Positions 25,856-39,218 are shown, numbered from the whole stretch's first letter. The stretch: 63,412 bases of DNA, filler included, from Octopus bimaculoides (GCF_001194135.2; 10 parts of 7 records of this genome joined end to end with filler, not necessarily neighbours in it); one strand, 5' to 3'. Numbers and translations: made by a program. The notes: generated by a model not told the origin, from the letters alone.

Positions 25856-26075
25856 GTATATGTTTGTGTGTCTGTGTTTGTCCCCCCAACTTCGCTTGAC
25901 AACCGTGGCTGGTGTGTTTATGTCCCCGTAACTTAGCGGTTCGGCAAAAAGAGACCGATAGAATAAGTACTAGGCTTACAAAGAATAAGTGCTGGGGTCG
26001 ATTTGCTCGACTAAAAGGCGGTGCCCCAGCATGGCCGCAGTCAAATGACTGAAACAAGTAAATGAGTAAAAGAGA
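25856..26075 (+). mobile_element. SINE family B, 3' half (young copy; 5' half in gap)
   Basis: TGTTTGTCCCCCAAC..GCTTGACAACCG...CCCCGTAACTTAGCGGTTCGGC...GGGGTCGATTTGCTCGACTAA...CCAGCATGGCCGCAGTCAAATGACTGAAACAAG. Confidence 0.85.
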
Positions 26076-26314
26076 GATATATATATGCGCGTGTGTGTAT
26101 ATGTATATATATTCATATGTATATGTGTGTGTACATATTCATCCACACATACATTCATATACGTATATAGTAACATACAAAAACATATATCTATATGCAT
26201 AATCATCAGTCTAAAGGATTCTGATTTAACGGATTTGGCTTTTAACGAAATTCACAAATAATAATGGATATTGATATTTGAAAACTCAATAATTAAAAAG
26301 TTTGGTACTTTTTA

Positions 26315-26373
26315 ACCGTTAAGTTAGGAGGATATAAACGAACCAGCATCGGTAGTCAAGCAGTGTATGTGTA

Positions 26374-26422
<49 letters not shown>

Positions 26423-26620
26423 CCACAAACACACACATACAAACACATAACTATATAAGACGAGCTTCCACATAACTTTCGTCTTTCAAATTAATTCAGA
26501 AAGCATTGCTCAGCGTTGGGCTATAGTAGAAGACACTTACCAAGGGTGCCGTGCCGTGGGAATGAACCCAAAACCATGTGGCTGCATAGCGAGCTTCCCA
26601 ATAATACGACCATGTCTACA
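26315..26620 (-). mobile_element. SINE family B (5' half plus part of 3' half)
   Basis: Reverse complement has the head ...CCACATGGTTTTGGGTTCATTCCCACGGCACGGCACCCTTGGTAAGTGTCTTCTACTATAGCCC, a microsatellite spacer and the start of the 3' half. Confidence 0.75.
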
Positions 26621-26876
26621 CCTTATTTCTATACCGCATAAAATGCGTGTATATGTGTTAGAGTGAGTGTGCGTGTGTCTATGTATGTATTTGTATGTAT
26701 GCGCGTATGAATACGGACAGTCGTGCGCATTTCATATCGTTTTGTTTTGAGTGACGTGGACTGGCTTTGACTCTCAGCCTGCTTCAAAATATGCAGCTGC
26801 TTATATAAAGAATACTCTATTTTTGTGGTTATTTTCAATTTTGATTTTCTAAAATTTTGCAATCCTTGTAATTCAA

Positions 26877-27800
26877 AATGGCTTCAAGTGACTGAAAGTT
26901 AAAAGAGAATGTGTGAACTTAAATGTGACAGAGAAATTAGAGGTAAATGATAAATTAGAAGAAGATGTCTCAACAGCACGCGTCTATAAAATTTATAGCG
27001 TAAAAAAGACACACACACAAACAAAGACAAAAACAGAGCAAATAGTAAAATCAAACAAACTATTTCTGATATCAAAACCAAATTGAAACAATTTTCTGCA
27101 AACTGTGGCTCTTCAAAGAAGAGTAGAAAACACTTGAAAGTTGGACAAGATTAAAGCATAGAAGTTGTGTATTAGTGATGTGTCCAAGAAAAATGTGACT
27201 CAGGTAAAATACGAAACCTTGTGTTGAAACCTGCATGTAGAGCTCTAAGAAAACATGTGAGGGTCATTGTTAAAGTACATGAACAGGAACCTCTATGGTG
27301 AATCTTTAAGAAAAGAGGGCAAACTCTTCAAAGGCTGAATGAACTATTTACAAGATTTATAAATGAACTTTTTAGATCTGAAGACTTTATTTTCCTACAG
27401 GTCTACAATACTAATGAAACAAGAACATTAATTTCAGGGCCGCTATAACGTGATCTATCAAAGTGTTCCTGAAAATACGCTGGTTTACAAACATGAATAC
27501 AATACCCACTAATTGCAAAGTGCAAATTTCTGTTTCGTTACTTGCTAATAACGATAGCTTGCATCCACTGAATCCCATGATTGTAGGAAAATCAAAGAAA
27601 GTATGCACTACAAAAATATTAAGCATTTGTTGCATTTAACACCTGTTATATAGACCAGTTTAAAAAAATGCGTTGTTAATTTAGAAATTTTTATGATTGG
27701 TCTTTCTAATCACTTTGTCTCATGTAAAAGAATTCCAAAGAAACAGACTGAAGCTGTTACCTCAATAATGTAAAGGCACTGTTGCTTTTTGGAGCGTTAA
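26877..27800 (+). mobile_element. Tigger/pogo (CENP-B/Jerky-like) transposase relic
   Basis: Frameshifted KRECVNLNVTEKLEVNDKLE...QTISDIK (psq/CENP-B HTH), VYNTNET (YNADETG), HPLNPMIVGKSKK and KALLLF. Confidence 0.8.
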
Positions 27801-28011
27801 CTTTACCCTAATGTCAGAATGTCAGGATATAGAATTAATCTCTTTTCTCTTCTCTTAACACATTTTCAGCTGTCAAACCAATGGTCTGGGAATAAATGTA
27901 GTCTGAAAGAGGATGGATAAAAATACATTTGGGAAAAAGTAATGGTTATATTGGAGGATTAAGAAGGTGAAGAAGAAGAAACGAGCGGGGTGAAGGACAC
28001 TGAAGAAATTA

Positions 28012-28287
28012 TCTATACTATATATAAAACAGAGATGTGTGTGTAATCGCTTTTCACGTGAAATCGACTTCACCAAATGCTTCCATACTTGCGATGCGTG
28101 AATAACTTGACCTCGGATAAATCTTAGGCTTTTCATTTGATTTTTTTGATTAAAAATAAATAATATTGCTTTATATTTAAGATTCACTTCTTTAAAAAGG
28201 TTCCTCAATGTCAACTTCCGGTATTGACGTAACAACTGCAAAAAAGCTTCACTCTCTATTTTGTGTGTGAGTGTGTGTGTTCGTGTG

Positions 28288-28325
<38 letters not shown>

Positions 28326-29207
28326 NNNNNNNNNNNNNNNNNNNNNNNNNNNNNNNNNNNNNNNNNNNNNNNNNNNNNNNNNNNNNNNNNNNNNNNNNNN
28401 NNNNNNNNNNNNNNNNNNNNNNNNNNNNNNNNNNNNNNNNNNNNNNNNNNNNNNNNNNNNNNNNNNNNNNNNNNNNNNNNNNNNNNNNNNNNNNNNNNNN
28501 NNNNNNNNNNNNNNNNNNNNNNNNNNNNNNNNNNNNNNNNNNNNNNNNNNNNNNNNNNNNNNNNNNNNNNNNNNNNNNNNNNNNNNNNNNNNNNNNNNNN
28601 NNNNNNNNNNNNNNNNNNNNNNNNNNNNNNNNNNNNNNNNNNNNNNNNNNNNNNNNNNNNNNNNNNNNNNNNNNNNNNNNNNNNNNNNNNNNNNNNNNNN
28701 NNNNNNNNNNNNNNNNNNNNNNNNNNNNNNNNNNNNNNNNNNNNNNNNNNNNNNNNNNNNNNNNNNNNNNNNNNNNNNNNNNNNNNNNNNNNNNNNNNNN
28801 NNNNNNNNNNNNNNNNNNNNNNNNNNNNNNNNNNNNNNNNNNNNNNNNNNNNNNNNNNNNNNNGTATACAAACATATTTACAAAGACACACGTGTGTATG
28901 CGCGCGTGTGCGTGTGTGGGGGGGTTCCACAATCGCCATTTATTTCAATTACTCTTGTGAGGATATTCACGTAAATCATTTTTTTCATTTAATCCCCATT
29001 TCAATTTTCGTAAAAGTTTCCAAGTACCAATAAGGCTTTTTGGCACATCTTCAATTTCCCCATTCATGATAGGCGCCCAGCCATCATTCATCTGAGAGTC
29101 CATCTACAGAATGTCCTCTCAAATTTCTATACAGCATATTTTGCCTTTTTTCTTCAAGTATATAAGCAACAATTTCATTCCCGAGCAACGCCGGGTGCCT
29201 CTGCTAG
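28012..29207 (+). mobile_element. Non-autonomous Helitron-like element with both termini (contains a 538-N gap)
   Basis: 5' A|TCTATACTATATATAAAA. 3' hairpin CCCG-AGCAACGC-CGGG (29180-29195), then CTAG|T at 29204-29208. Insertion between A and T fits Helitron rules. Confidence 0.65.
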
Positions 29208-29570
29208 TAAGTTTATAAAATTAAGTCTGCATTTTTAAAACTTGGCAGATGCTTGGAAGGAAGTGAATACTGTGGCCAGATGACGTTTTATAACATCGAA
29301 CCTGATTTGGAGTTTGAAACGATTTGAGACAAACTACTTTCCGTTCGTCTTTGTAAATGTTGGTAACTGGTAATAATTGAAAATGATGAAGATGATCTTG
29401 ACTGTCACATTCTTACTGATGAAGAAATTGTATAAAGTAAGACTAGAGAAAAGCAAGACATTGAGGACCGGAAGGTTAAACCAGAACAACCAACAACGGC
29501 TGAAATAAGAAATCTTAAGGAAGCTTAAGGACATCTGACTCTGATATCGTGCAAATTTATGAACATTTTA

Positions 29571-29975
29571 GGCGCAGGCGTTGGTTGTGTGGTAAAAAGC
29601 TTGCTTTGCAACAACAGAATTTCGGGTTCAATCCTACTGCGTGATACTTTGGGTATGTATCTTCTATGATACATCTGGGCCGACTAATAGCTTGTGAGTG
29701 AATATGATAAACGGAAACTGTGTAGAAACCTGTCGTATATATGTGTATGTGTATCAATGTTGTCTTCGTGTTTGTGTTTGTCCCCGCTACCACCGCTTCA
29801 CAATCGGTGTTGGTTTGTTTACGTCCTTGTAAATTAACAGTTTGACAAAAGAAACATATAGAATGAGTGCAAGCCTTAAGTACAAAAGTACAATTATTGA
29901 AGCAACCTATTCGACTAACCCTTCAAGACAGTGTTCCAGTATGACCGCAGTCCAATGACTGAAATATCGGAAAGA
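29571..29975 (+). mobile_element. SINE family B, full length (diverged)
   Basis: GGCGCAGGCGTTGGTTGTGTGGTAA head, GGGTTCAATCC B-box, CORE-like body, (TATG)n spacer, and 3' half ending CAATGACTGAAA. Confidence 0.8.
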
Positions 29976-30412
29976 TTTTATAGAATTCAGAGCAGTTATA
30001 ATACATAAAAAACTGCATTGTGGGAAATAACTTAACCTGAATTCTTCCTTAAAAACTAACTTCTCTTACTCCCACTTCTATTTTCATCTCTAACAGCCTG
30101 CATAATACAACCGTACACAGGCGTTTGCACTCATTTCAGAAGAGTCTGCAATTCAAGATTTCTCCCTTCATCTCTTCATTCAAATACTGAACAAATATAA
30201 CTGTACTGCCATTATAATAACAGCAAAATACACTTCAGCTACAATGTCAAAAAGGTAAGTAAAATTACATATTCTTGACTATAATTTCATAATTTTATAT
30301 TGAGCAGTAAACATTCACAGTGAATTCTAACTAACAGGGAGGTGTAGCTGTTAATGCCAAAAATATCATTGGCAGCACTCAAGGCAGCATTTATTGTTTT
30401 TGATGTAAAAAA

Positions 30413-30459
<47 letters not shown>

Positions 30460-30679
30460 TGTTGTATGTGTGTGTGTATATATGCATACGTATATGTATA
30501 CATATACATATATGTGTGTGTATGTATGTATATGTACACATACACGCAAATACACACGAGCATACGCATTATAGACTTGGTATTTGAGCACGTATACACA
30601 CAAAACACACATATGTGCGTGTGTGGGTGTCTGTATATATATATATTTATGTATATATCCCGAAAGACCTGCTGTATGC

Positions 30680-30900
30680 GCAGCTGGCCATTAGCAAAAG
30701 AGCATAAAGGCAAGAATAGTCTTCGTTTTATAGATACCTACAAGCAAGACATGAAGTCTCTTAGCATGAACGCTGAAAGGAGATTGCAAGCGATCGCGCC
30801 ATTTTCTTCTTTTAAAGAAACTAAAATGAGAGGAGCGACTGAGATCTTCTTTCAAAGAAAAGCGTGTCCGACGATAAATCAAAATTTGAACCAGGACAAC
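30680..30900 (+). mobile_element. RTE-clade LINE 3' fragment
   Basis: LRFIDTYKQDMKSLSMNAERR resembles the RTE C-terminal GRPxLRYxDxxKxDMK motif. Confidence 0.6.
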
Positions 30901-30929
30901 ACTAGTCGATGGGAGTGGGGGCTTCAAGT

Positions 30930-32240
30930 GCAGTCAATGTTAGCAATACACAGCATGGCTTCCGTCCAGGAAGAAGCTGCCTCACACAGCTCCTACAGCA
31001 CTATGACTGGCTTTTGAAACAGCTGCTTGACCTTTCAGATGTTAGTGTGATATACCTTGACTTCGCAAAGGCATTTGATAATATAGATAATGGCGTGGTA
31101 AGTCACAAGCTACAAGACCTTGGCATCGCTGGTAAACTGGGAGATTGGTTGCATGACTTCATTAAGAACAGAAGTCAGGTGGTTGCAGCCAATGGCGCCC
31201 TTTCTGAGAAAACTCTGATCTTAAGTGGTGTCTCTCAGGGAACTGTTCTGAGGCCATTACTGTTCATAATAGTCTCCTTAGACATGCCTACGGTCATTCG
31301 GACAGCCACTGTCACTAGCTATGCCGATGATACAAAACGATCACAGGCAATAAAAAACCAAGATGACATCACAACCTTAGAGCGGGACCTAAATTCAATA
31401 TACAAGTGGTCCGAAATAAACAACATGCAGTTTAATGCTGGAAAATTTCGAGCACTGCTTGAATACAGTATAATCTACTCACGAATACAGTATAATCTAC
31501 GTATACAGGACCCGAAGGCACTACGATCTCAGAGTCACAGACAGTGAAAGACTTGGGGATGAGTATGTGCAATGACGCATCATTTTATATGCACATTAGC
31601 AAGATGGCAGCGAAGTACAGACAACTGACAGGATGGATACTGAGGTCGTTCAAGACAAGAGACTAAGAAACTATGTTGAGCCTGTGGAGAAACTTTGTTC
31701 TCTGCCGCCTGAAGTCATGGTCACCACATAGTGCCAAACTGACAGCGAAGTTTGAAGCAGTCCAACGCCATTACACTAAAATGATTGAAGCAGTGCAGCG
31801 GATGAGCTACAGGGATAGGCTGAAGAAACTAAAGTTTTACTCTCTGGAGCGAAGGCGTGAGAGACAGGCAATAGTATACATATGGAAAATCCTAGAAGGG
31901 CTAGTACCTAACTTTGGCATTTAGTGTTAGACAAATGCCAGAACTGGCTGCCATTGTATTGTACCAAAAGTACCATCCACTGCATCTAAATCCAGATACC
32001 AGATATTGCAATAGTCTAGCGTTCAAAAGCCCACAGCTCTTCAATGCCCTGCCACAAAAAATTAAGAAATCTGCATTAGGTGGAAGTAGATGTCTTCAAA
32101 AAAGAAACTAGACATCCTCCTCTCCACAATACCAGATGATCCAACAGTCCGACATGAGGTACAGACGAGGGCAACGAAATCAAACTCCCTTATACACCAA
32201 ATGTACCAACAGATGGGACAAGGACACATACAGGAGTGGT
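30930..32240 (+). mobile_element. CR1-group LINE, 5'-truncated (RT and C-terminus)
   Basis: QHGFRPGRSCLTQLL, YLDFAKAFD, SGVSQGTVLRPLLF, YADDTK, MQFNAGKF and YSLERRRER. Frameshifts. An 18-bp tandem duplication at 31461-31500. Confidence 0.93.
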
Positions 32241-32349
32241 GTTGCGAAGCACCCAGATTTAGGAAGACAGAAAGACCATGGTTGTTCTCCAGCATGACCA
32301 CGGCCGCATGGCTGAAACGAGTAAAAAGGTAAGAGAGTATATAAAAGAG

Positions 32350-32381
<32 letters not shown>

Positions 32382-32891
32382 TATGAATGTATGNNNNNNN
32401 NNNNNNNNNNNNNNNNNNNNNNNNNNNNNNNNNNNNNNNNNNNNNNNTATATATATATATATGTACATGAATACATATCTATACGCCCATATATACATCC
32501 ATCCAACCATCCATCCATCCATCCATCCATCCATCCATACATGTGTGTGTGTTGACAAGTTTTCGAGATCATATTTTCTATCATTAAGCATAGCATGCCA
32601 TAGGTGAATGAAACAAAACGATGCTAATTATTTTAAAACCCGAGAAATAACTCATCTTAACAAAAAGACAGCCAAAACCAAAAAGAAAAATAATATGAAA
32701 GGGTTGTCACATTAAAGATAAAGAAACTGATTAGTTAACAGGATGTAAACAATTAGATCTGCCAGAAGCTGAAGACCAGCCGAAGGTTTTCTGTCAGCCG
32801 AAATTTTACAACTTGCTCTATCGGAATCAAATTAAAAAGCCATTTGTGTTGAAAATATTCCTCTGATTGTCGTTGAACAGTAGTCAACTCG

Positions 32892-33015
<124 letters not shown>

Positions 33016-33570
33016 GCCCGGATGCAATACCAGGCAGCGGCTCTCAAGGCTTCTGATCTTAATTGATTGGAAGTGTTATCATGTACATTGTTTTGTCTTG
33101 GTATAAAAGATGGGTTACAGCAATTATTCAGCTTAATACCACAGATTTGCTTGTCAGTTGTTTGACAATAATCAGTTGAGCATGTCCCTTGGTGGCTGAC
33201 GAATATGTGCATCTCTGATCATGAGCAGAAGTAGTGGGGGAGCATCATAGCCATGTGTTGAGAGGAATTCTTTGGGGTTTGAATAATTCATCTTTGGAAA
33301 CATGGATGTTTTGCTCAACATTCTTAAACAAACCTTATTCAGGTACCTTTTGAGCGGGATGGGCTACTCGACCCGAAGAAAATTCTAACTGGGCCCCACC
33401 TGCAAGGTCATGCGCTGTTTGTCTTGATGTGAGATCACCATGTCGCACACATATGGTTGTGATGCATGTGCCTGGTGTACCCTTATCAGAAGGGTAGTCA
33501 TGATGGGTATAATGGACTTCGTATATTTTACCCCAGTGTCACTTTGATGGCATACACTGCTCTCTCACTC
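33016..33570 (+). mobile_element. Orphan element 'C', copy 2, inside long (AAT)n
   Basis: Colinear with 7160-7710. (AAT)n at 32892-33015 and 33571-33613. Confidence 0.8.
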
Positions 33571-33614
33571 AATAATAATAATAATAATAATAATAATGAT
33601 AATAATAATAATAA

Positions 33615-33800
33615 TTTTTGCACAAGCCAGATTTTTTAGGAGAAGGGGTAAGTGGATATCATCGATCCCAGTGTTCGACTGGTACTTATTTTATGAATCA
33701 CGAAAGAATGAAAGACAAAGTCGACTTCGCCGGTATTTGAACTCAGAATGTAAAGAGTCGGAAGAAACGTTGCTAACCGTTCTGCTAAAATGTTTCGAAT
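33615..33800 (-). mobile_element. SINE family A (diverged)
   Basis: GATCCCAGTGTTCGACTGGTACTTATTTTATG...AAAGTCGACTTCGCCGGTATTTGAACTCAG. Confidence 0.75.
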
Positions 33801-34172
33801 TTTGGTTCCAGGCCATCAGTTTTGAGGCTGGAAATGAACTGGGAATGCAAAGAGACGGGGAAAAGTCTTAACGCTCTGACGATTCTGTTAATCTAACACC
33901 GGGCCAATCCTGTCATAATAATAACTAATAAGGAACATTAACAGGAGCCGCAGAAGTACACGTTTTATAAATGTTTTTATTCCTGTATACACATATATAT
34001 GTGTATATATATATATATATATATCCATACATATATACACACTTTTATATATATATATATATATATATATAAATTTATTGATCTTCTTAACACTATCACT
34101 ATGTTAAATATTTCTACTACGTTTTCGATTTGGTCTCATTGTTAAGATTGCTAAAAAGACGTAACACTTGAA

Positions 34173-34421
34173 CACATATCGTAACAAACTGAATAATTAC
34201 TATAGATTCGTCTTGACGTATTTTGCGTAATCTTTAGTTTGTTCATAATATTACTTTGTTTGTAATACAATTTCTAGAAATACTGCCGCATCTCCAATCA
34301 CATATCATAACACGCAGAATAATTATTATAGATTCGTTTTGACGTATATTGAGTAATCTTTACTTGGCTGATAATATCATTTTGTTTGTAATGCAATTTC
34401 TAGAAATAGAGCCGCATCTCC
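34173..34421. repeat. Tandem duplication, period 126 bp, 2 copies
   Basis: CACATATC..AAC...GAATAATTA.TATAGATTCGT.TTGACGTA...TTTCTAGAAATA..GCCGCATCTCC occurs twice (GAATAATTA at 34191 and 34317). Confidence 0.85.
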
Positions 34422-34484
34422 CTCCAGCCGCACCCTTCTATCTTTAAATAGCGATGGACACACTGGATATTATCGCTAATATTT

Positions 34485-35130
34485 GTTTCAAATTTTCGGA
34501 CAAAGTCAGCAATTTCGAGGGAGGCAGGGCATATCGATTATATCAACTCCAATACTCAGCTGATACTTATTTTATCGATTTCGAAAGGATGAAAGGCAAA
34601 GTCGACCTCGGCGAAATTTGAACTCAGAACGTAAAGACGGACGAAATGCCGCTAAGCATTTTGTCTAGCGCGGTCAGCTCGTTGTCTTTATTATCCCTGA
34701 TAGTGGTTTCAAATTTTGGCACATGGCCAGCAATTTCGGGGAAGGGATAAGTTGATTACATTGACCCCAGTGCGTAACTGGTACTTATTTTATCGACTTT
34801 GAAAGGATGGAAGGCAAAGTCAGCCTCTGCGGAATTTAACTCAGAGCGTAAAGACAGACGAAATTCCGCTAAGCGTTTTGCTCAGCTAACGTTTCTTATT
34901 TCTTTACTGCCCACAAGGAGCTACACACAGAGGAGACAAACAAGGACAGAAAAACGGATTAAGTCGATTATATTGACCCCAGTGCGTAACTGGTACTTGA
35001 TTTATCGATCCCGAAAGGATGAAAGGCAAAGTCGACCTCAGCGGAATTTGATCTCAGAAGGTGAAAACAGATGAAATACCGCTAAGCGTTTCACCCGGCG
35101 TACTAACGATTCTGCCAGCTCGCTGTCTTT
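34485..35130 (-). mobile_element. Three head-to-tail SINE family A copies
   Basis: GAAAGGATG.AAGGCAAAGTC occurs three times. The rightmost copy carries alternative tail 1, also seen at ~14980-15042. Confidence 0.9.
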
Positions 35131-35263
35131 ACACACACACACACACACTCATACACACACTCANNNNNNNNNNNNNNNNNNNNNNNNNNNNNNNNNNNNN
35201 NNNNNNNTTAATTAATTAANNNNNNNNNNNNNNNNNNNNNNNNNNNNNNNNNNNNNNNNNNNN

Positions 35264-35435
35264 GTAACAAATCCACTGACTTTTCCGGGTTAATTTTTGC
35301 TCCTGTCACCGTTTCGTATTCTTTAAGTGTCTCGCCTAGCATCTCGACGTGCTTTTCGCTCGACACTATGACGGTGACATCGTCCGCATATGCAGACACG
35401 CTCGTCCCGCAAACCAGCTCTCGTGGGATACCCCT
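35264..35435 (-). mobile_element. L1/Tx1-clade LINE RT fragment
   Basis: VSAYADDVTVIVSS...YETVTGAKINPEKS is typical of Tx1-type RT domains 5-6. Cut by a gap. Confidence 0.8.
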
Positions 35436-35468
35436 CCATAAAGATAGATAGATAGATATATAGATAGA

Positions 35469-35511
<43 letters not shown>

Positions 35512-35543
35512 CTAACCAGACAGACAGCTAGCTAGCTCACTAG

Positions 35544-35574
<31 letters not shown>

Positions 35575-36201
35575 GATAGATAGATAGATAGACAGATAGA
35601 TATGTTTTTAAGAAGGATAAATTGATAGAGAGAGATAAAATACTTGTACGTACGTTTACGTATATTGTGTACGTAAATAAATAAATACATACTGACTAGG
35701 ACATACAGTAACGAACTGGAAGAATATTTAACTTTTCGGCACCCATGATAGATAATTTTTGCCTGTTACGATCTGTGTTTGTGCTTTTATGCACCAAGAG
35801 CATTTGAGAGGATTTCTCAAACATAATAACGCAGTATCCGACATTCTAAAAAGACATCTATATTGAGTTGAATATAAATAGCTTTTGGTATTAATACAAC
35901 TTCCGTTGCAAATAATAATTTCTAATGATTCTGCTGGCCATTTGCGACATAAGTGTCTGAAAATATGCTTATATTCCATATAACTTGCAACGAGATTTAG
36001 CTGACAGGCGGTGACCAGACGCCTCCCACCGATGACTTCCAATTGAATGAAATCACTTGATATAGAAGTTTCTGCGTCCATCACAGACCGTTCTCGTTGC
36101 TACAATGTATGTGCATTTTTTACACTAAGCGCCTATATAAGATCTCTGAATGTTAATAACGCAATATTCGATGCTCTAACAAGACATCCATGATAAGTTA
36201 T

Positions 36202-36285
<84 letters not shown>

Positions 36286-36519
36286 TAAAAGAGTTCCAGC
36301 TCTGTCTGTTTTTTATGTTTTATTTATATTCTTATAAAATTAATGTGGGATATAGAATATGGAATATATAATATAAATAGTAAAATGAAATGAAGTATTG
36401 AATGTCTTATTGAATATATGAAATACTGAGTATTAAATATAGAGTATTAAATATATAAGAACTAGTATACTTTCCTGCCTCATGTCAGAAGATGGTGCGC
36501 GCGCGCAAGCGTACATGTC

Positions 36520-36727
36520 TTTGTGTCTGCGATTGCAACTTCACCCCACGCACCGCCTGGTGTTGGTTTGTTTCAGTCCCTCTGATAAAGAGGTTCCGCA
36601 AAAGTGGTCGATGAAGTGAGCACTAGACTTTAAATAATAAGTACTAGGGTCGATTTGTTCCACTAAATCCTTGAAGGCATTACCCCAGCAAGACTGCAGT
36701 CCAGTGAATGAAACAAGTAACAGATAA
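36520..36727 (+). mobile_element. SINE family B, 3' half (diverged)
   Basis: GGTGTTGGTTTGTTT...GGGTCGATTTGTTCCACTAA...CCCCAGCAAGACTGCAGTCCAGTGAATGAAACAAG. Confidence 0.65.
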
Positions 36728-36899
36728 CATACACATCCAAACATACATATATACAAACAAACATAAAAGCAAAATTAAAAGATATTAAATACTCAACTAG
36801 AAAAGACGCGATTTAACAAATGGAAAAATGAAGTATCTTAAAGTTTCGAAAGTTAATCCTTCACCGGATGTAAAAAGACATGCAAAAGGCAGTTAAAGT

Positions 36900-37690
36900 A
36901 CATATCAAAGTAACCTTGGCCATATATGTTTTTGTATGTTTAAATATCTCGTACGCTGGATTCACTGTAGGAGAATGCTTATTGGCGCAAAATACCAAAA
37001 AATATCCAGGGTACTGGCCGTCAATTCAATTATATATACATGTTGCTGTTCATCATAGAAACCATGTTCCGAAATATCAGCGAGGATCATGCCCTTGTAT
37101 TTCCCAAACCAGTCAACACGACTTTCTGTGCCGAGAGCTGGCTCTATAATTTCTTAGGCCTTGGAGAATAGATATGATACCATTCTATAGACTGAGACTT
37201 CGTTCCTGGATTAGAAAATTACTATCATCTTTTATCTTGTCATTCTGAATCGTGGAAAATCTATCTTCATTAGCTTGAAACGCTTACAATTAATCAAAAT
37301 AAACTTACACGTTCTCTTCTTCAAAATCAGATTTCAACGGCCACCATAAACCTTAGCCGTCTTCTATAATGCATTGTGACCATAAACTATTCGTACAGCA
37401 AACTCACGGATTGCAACTCACCTGTTCCTGCCGATCAGTTCGTCCACTCATTGACGATTCGTACAAGAAGTCACATTTTATGGTCACTACAATGCCAGTC
37501 TTCCCTCTTTTAAATTTCTTCATCCATTGTGCATGTTGCTAGTATCATCTGTGCTGTTAACAACCAGTGGCGTTTTGTGAATATCGGAGATCTCCTATTC
37601 CGCCTTCGTCAAAATGTTAATGAAGGCAAGATATTTCTCCTTGAAGCCTACAATTTTCATGCAATTAAGAAGAACCGAAGGAAGGGTTAA
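36900..37690 (-). mobile_element. Degraded mariner transposase
   Basis: WMKKFKRGKT, VDELIGRNR*VAIREFA and SAQKVVLT (SAGKVMLTVFWD-like), with many stops and frameshifts. Confidence 0.65.
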
Positions 37691-37909
37691 AACAGAGTGA
37701 AACTTACTCTAACCAAGATTTATAGTTTAAATGACTTATATCAGTTGATAAAAGCATTATACCCACTTTTGAATTACAGTACCATCTTCGAATATGGCTG
37801 CGTTTGTAGAAGTGTATATACGTATGCATAAAGGTAGATAGGTAGGTAATATATCAATACATCTTCAATGTGAAGAGATTCTTTTTAATGTCTTTATCGT
37901 TTTTCCTTT

Positions 37910-38262
37910 CACCTTTTATCTTTTTCAGTCATTAGATTGTGGCCATGCTGGGGCACCGCCTTGGGAAGAACTTTTAGTCGAATGAATCGACTTCAGTGTT
38001 TCTCTTTAAGCCTGCTACTTTTTCTATCGGTCTCTTTTTGCCCAACCCCTAAGTAACTGGATCGTAAACAAACCAACACCGGTTGTCAAGCAGTGGTGGG
38101 GGACAAACACAGACACAATTACATAGGCACAGACACACAGACACACATACACACACACACAGAGGTTATAGCAGAAGACACTTGTTCAAGGTATCACGAC
38201 TAAGCCCAGAACCATGTGGCTAGGAAGCAAGCTTCTTACCAGACAGCCACGATGTGCCTGTT
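37910..38262 (-). mobile_element. SINE family B, near full length
   Basis: Reverse complements of both halves of family B, with a (CA)n spacer. Confidence 0.8.
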
Positions 38263-38381
38263 AATGTATAGGTTTATTTGACTCAGAATCGACACACTTG
38301 TCCAACAGGGAAATATTAAAGTTTCCTATCTATCATAAATGTTTTACATTCCTGTGTCTAGTATTTACTGCTGTTAATGCA

Positions 38382-38542
38382 GTGATCTGGCAAAATCGTT
38401 ACGACACCGGGCAGCAATTCGTCCGTCTTTACATTCTGAGTTCAAATGCATCTGAGGTCGACTTTGACTTTTATCCTTTACGGCTCGATAACGACTTACA
38501 CCCTCCCATTAAACTGCTGGCCTCATGACAAAGTCTGAAACC
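38382..38542 (+). mobile_element. SINE family A with internal deletion
   Basis: CTGGCAAAATCGTTA...GAGTTCAAATGCATCTGAGGTCGACTTTG...CTCGATAA|CGACTTA; about 30 bp missing versus the other copies. Confidence 0.75.
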
Positions 38543-39048
38543 AATATCTACTGCTGGTGTGATAGTTACATGCGTAGTTAAGCAATTCCCTTCCTAACTA
38601 GATGCTTCTGCGTTCGATTTTACTGTGCAGCGAGCTGGATATCTCTTTTATCACAGCACCAAAGACCTGTGATTTAAACTTAGTAAACTAAATCTATGTG
38701 GGTATCGTTGGTGGAAAGCCCTCCGTTGCAATGACTTAGGCTAGGTCTCCAATTTTCTTGGTAGTTATGAATGTCATAGGCATTGTATTTTCTGATCTAT
38801 ACCATGCAAAAATATTATGTATTATTCGTCTTCTACTTTCATCTATTTATTTCAGAACTTGCTGATTCAAGACTTTCTTTCTCCGTATCTTGTGCACTAT
38901 GAATTTTATGGACCTCGTAAGGCTGAATCACGAACACAAAATAGGCATAAGGTTATATATGATGGATTCTCTCTTAGAGAACGACGTATGAGTGTTCAGC
39001 ATTGCCGAACGACCTGCACAAGTAATTTGTTTATAGTGATCAAATGTA

Positions 39049-39218
39049 CGTACTGTACATTAGCTCACTGCCTCCATACAATCGGTGTTGCCTGAACAGG
39101 TGCACAGTGTACCATGCGTCAGGTGCCAAAGTCATCGCAGATCAACGTGGGATGAAGTGTTTTTCTCAATATCACAAGCACCACCCGGTATAGGAATTGA
39201 AACCATGATCGTGGGAGC
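39049..39218 (-). mobile_element. tRNA-derived SINE fragment (another family)
   Basis: Minus strand GATCATGGTTTCAATTCCTATACCGGG (B-box), then CORE-like GATATTGAGAAAAACACTTCATCCCACG. Confidence 0.55.

Noticed and set aside
34085-34150. ATGAGACCAAATCGAAAACG on the minus strand, hammerhead-like
   Set aside because: Core lacks CUG and there is no stem III or cleavage triplet.
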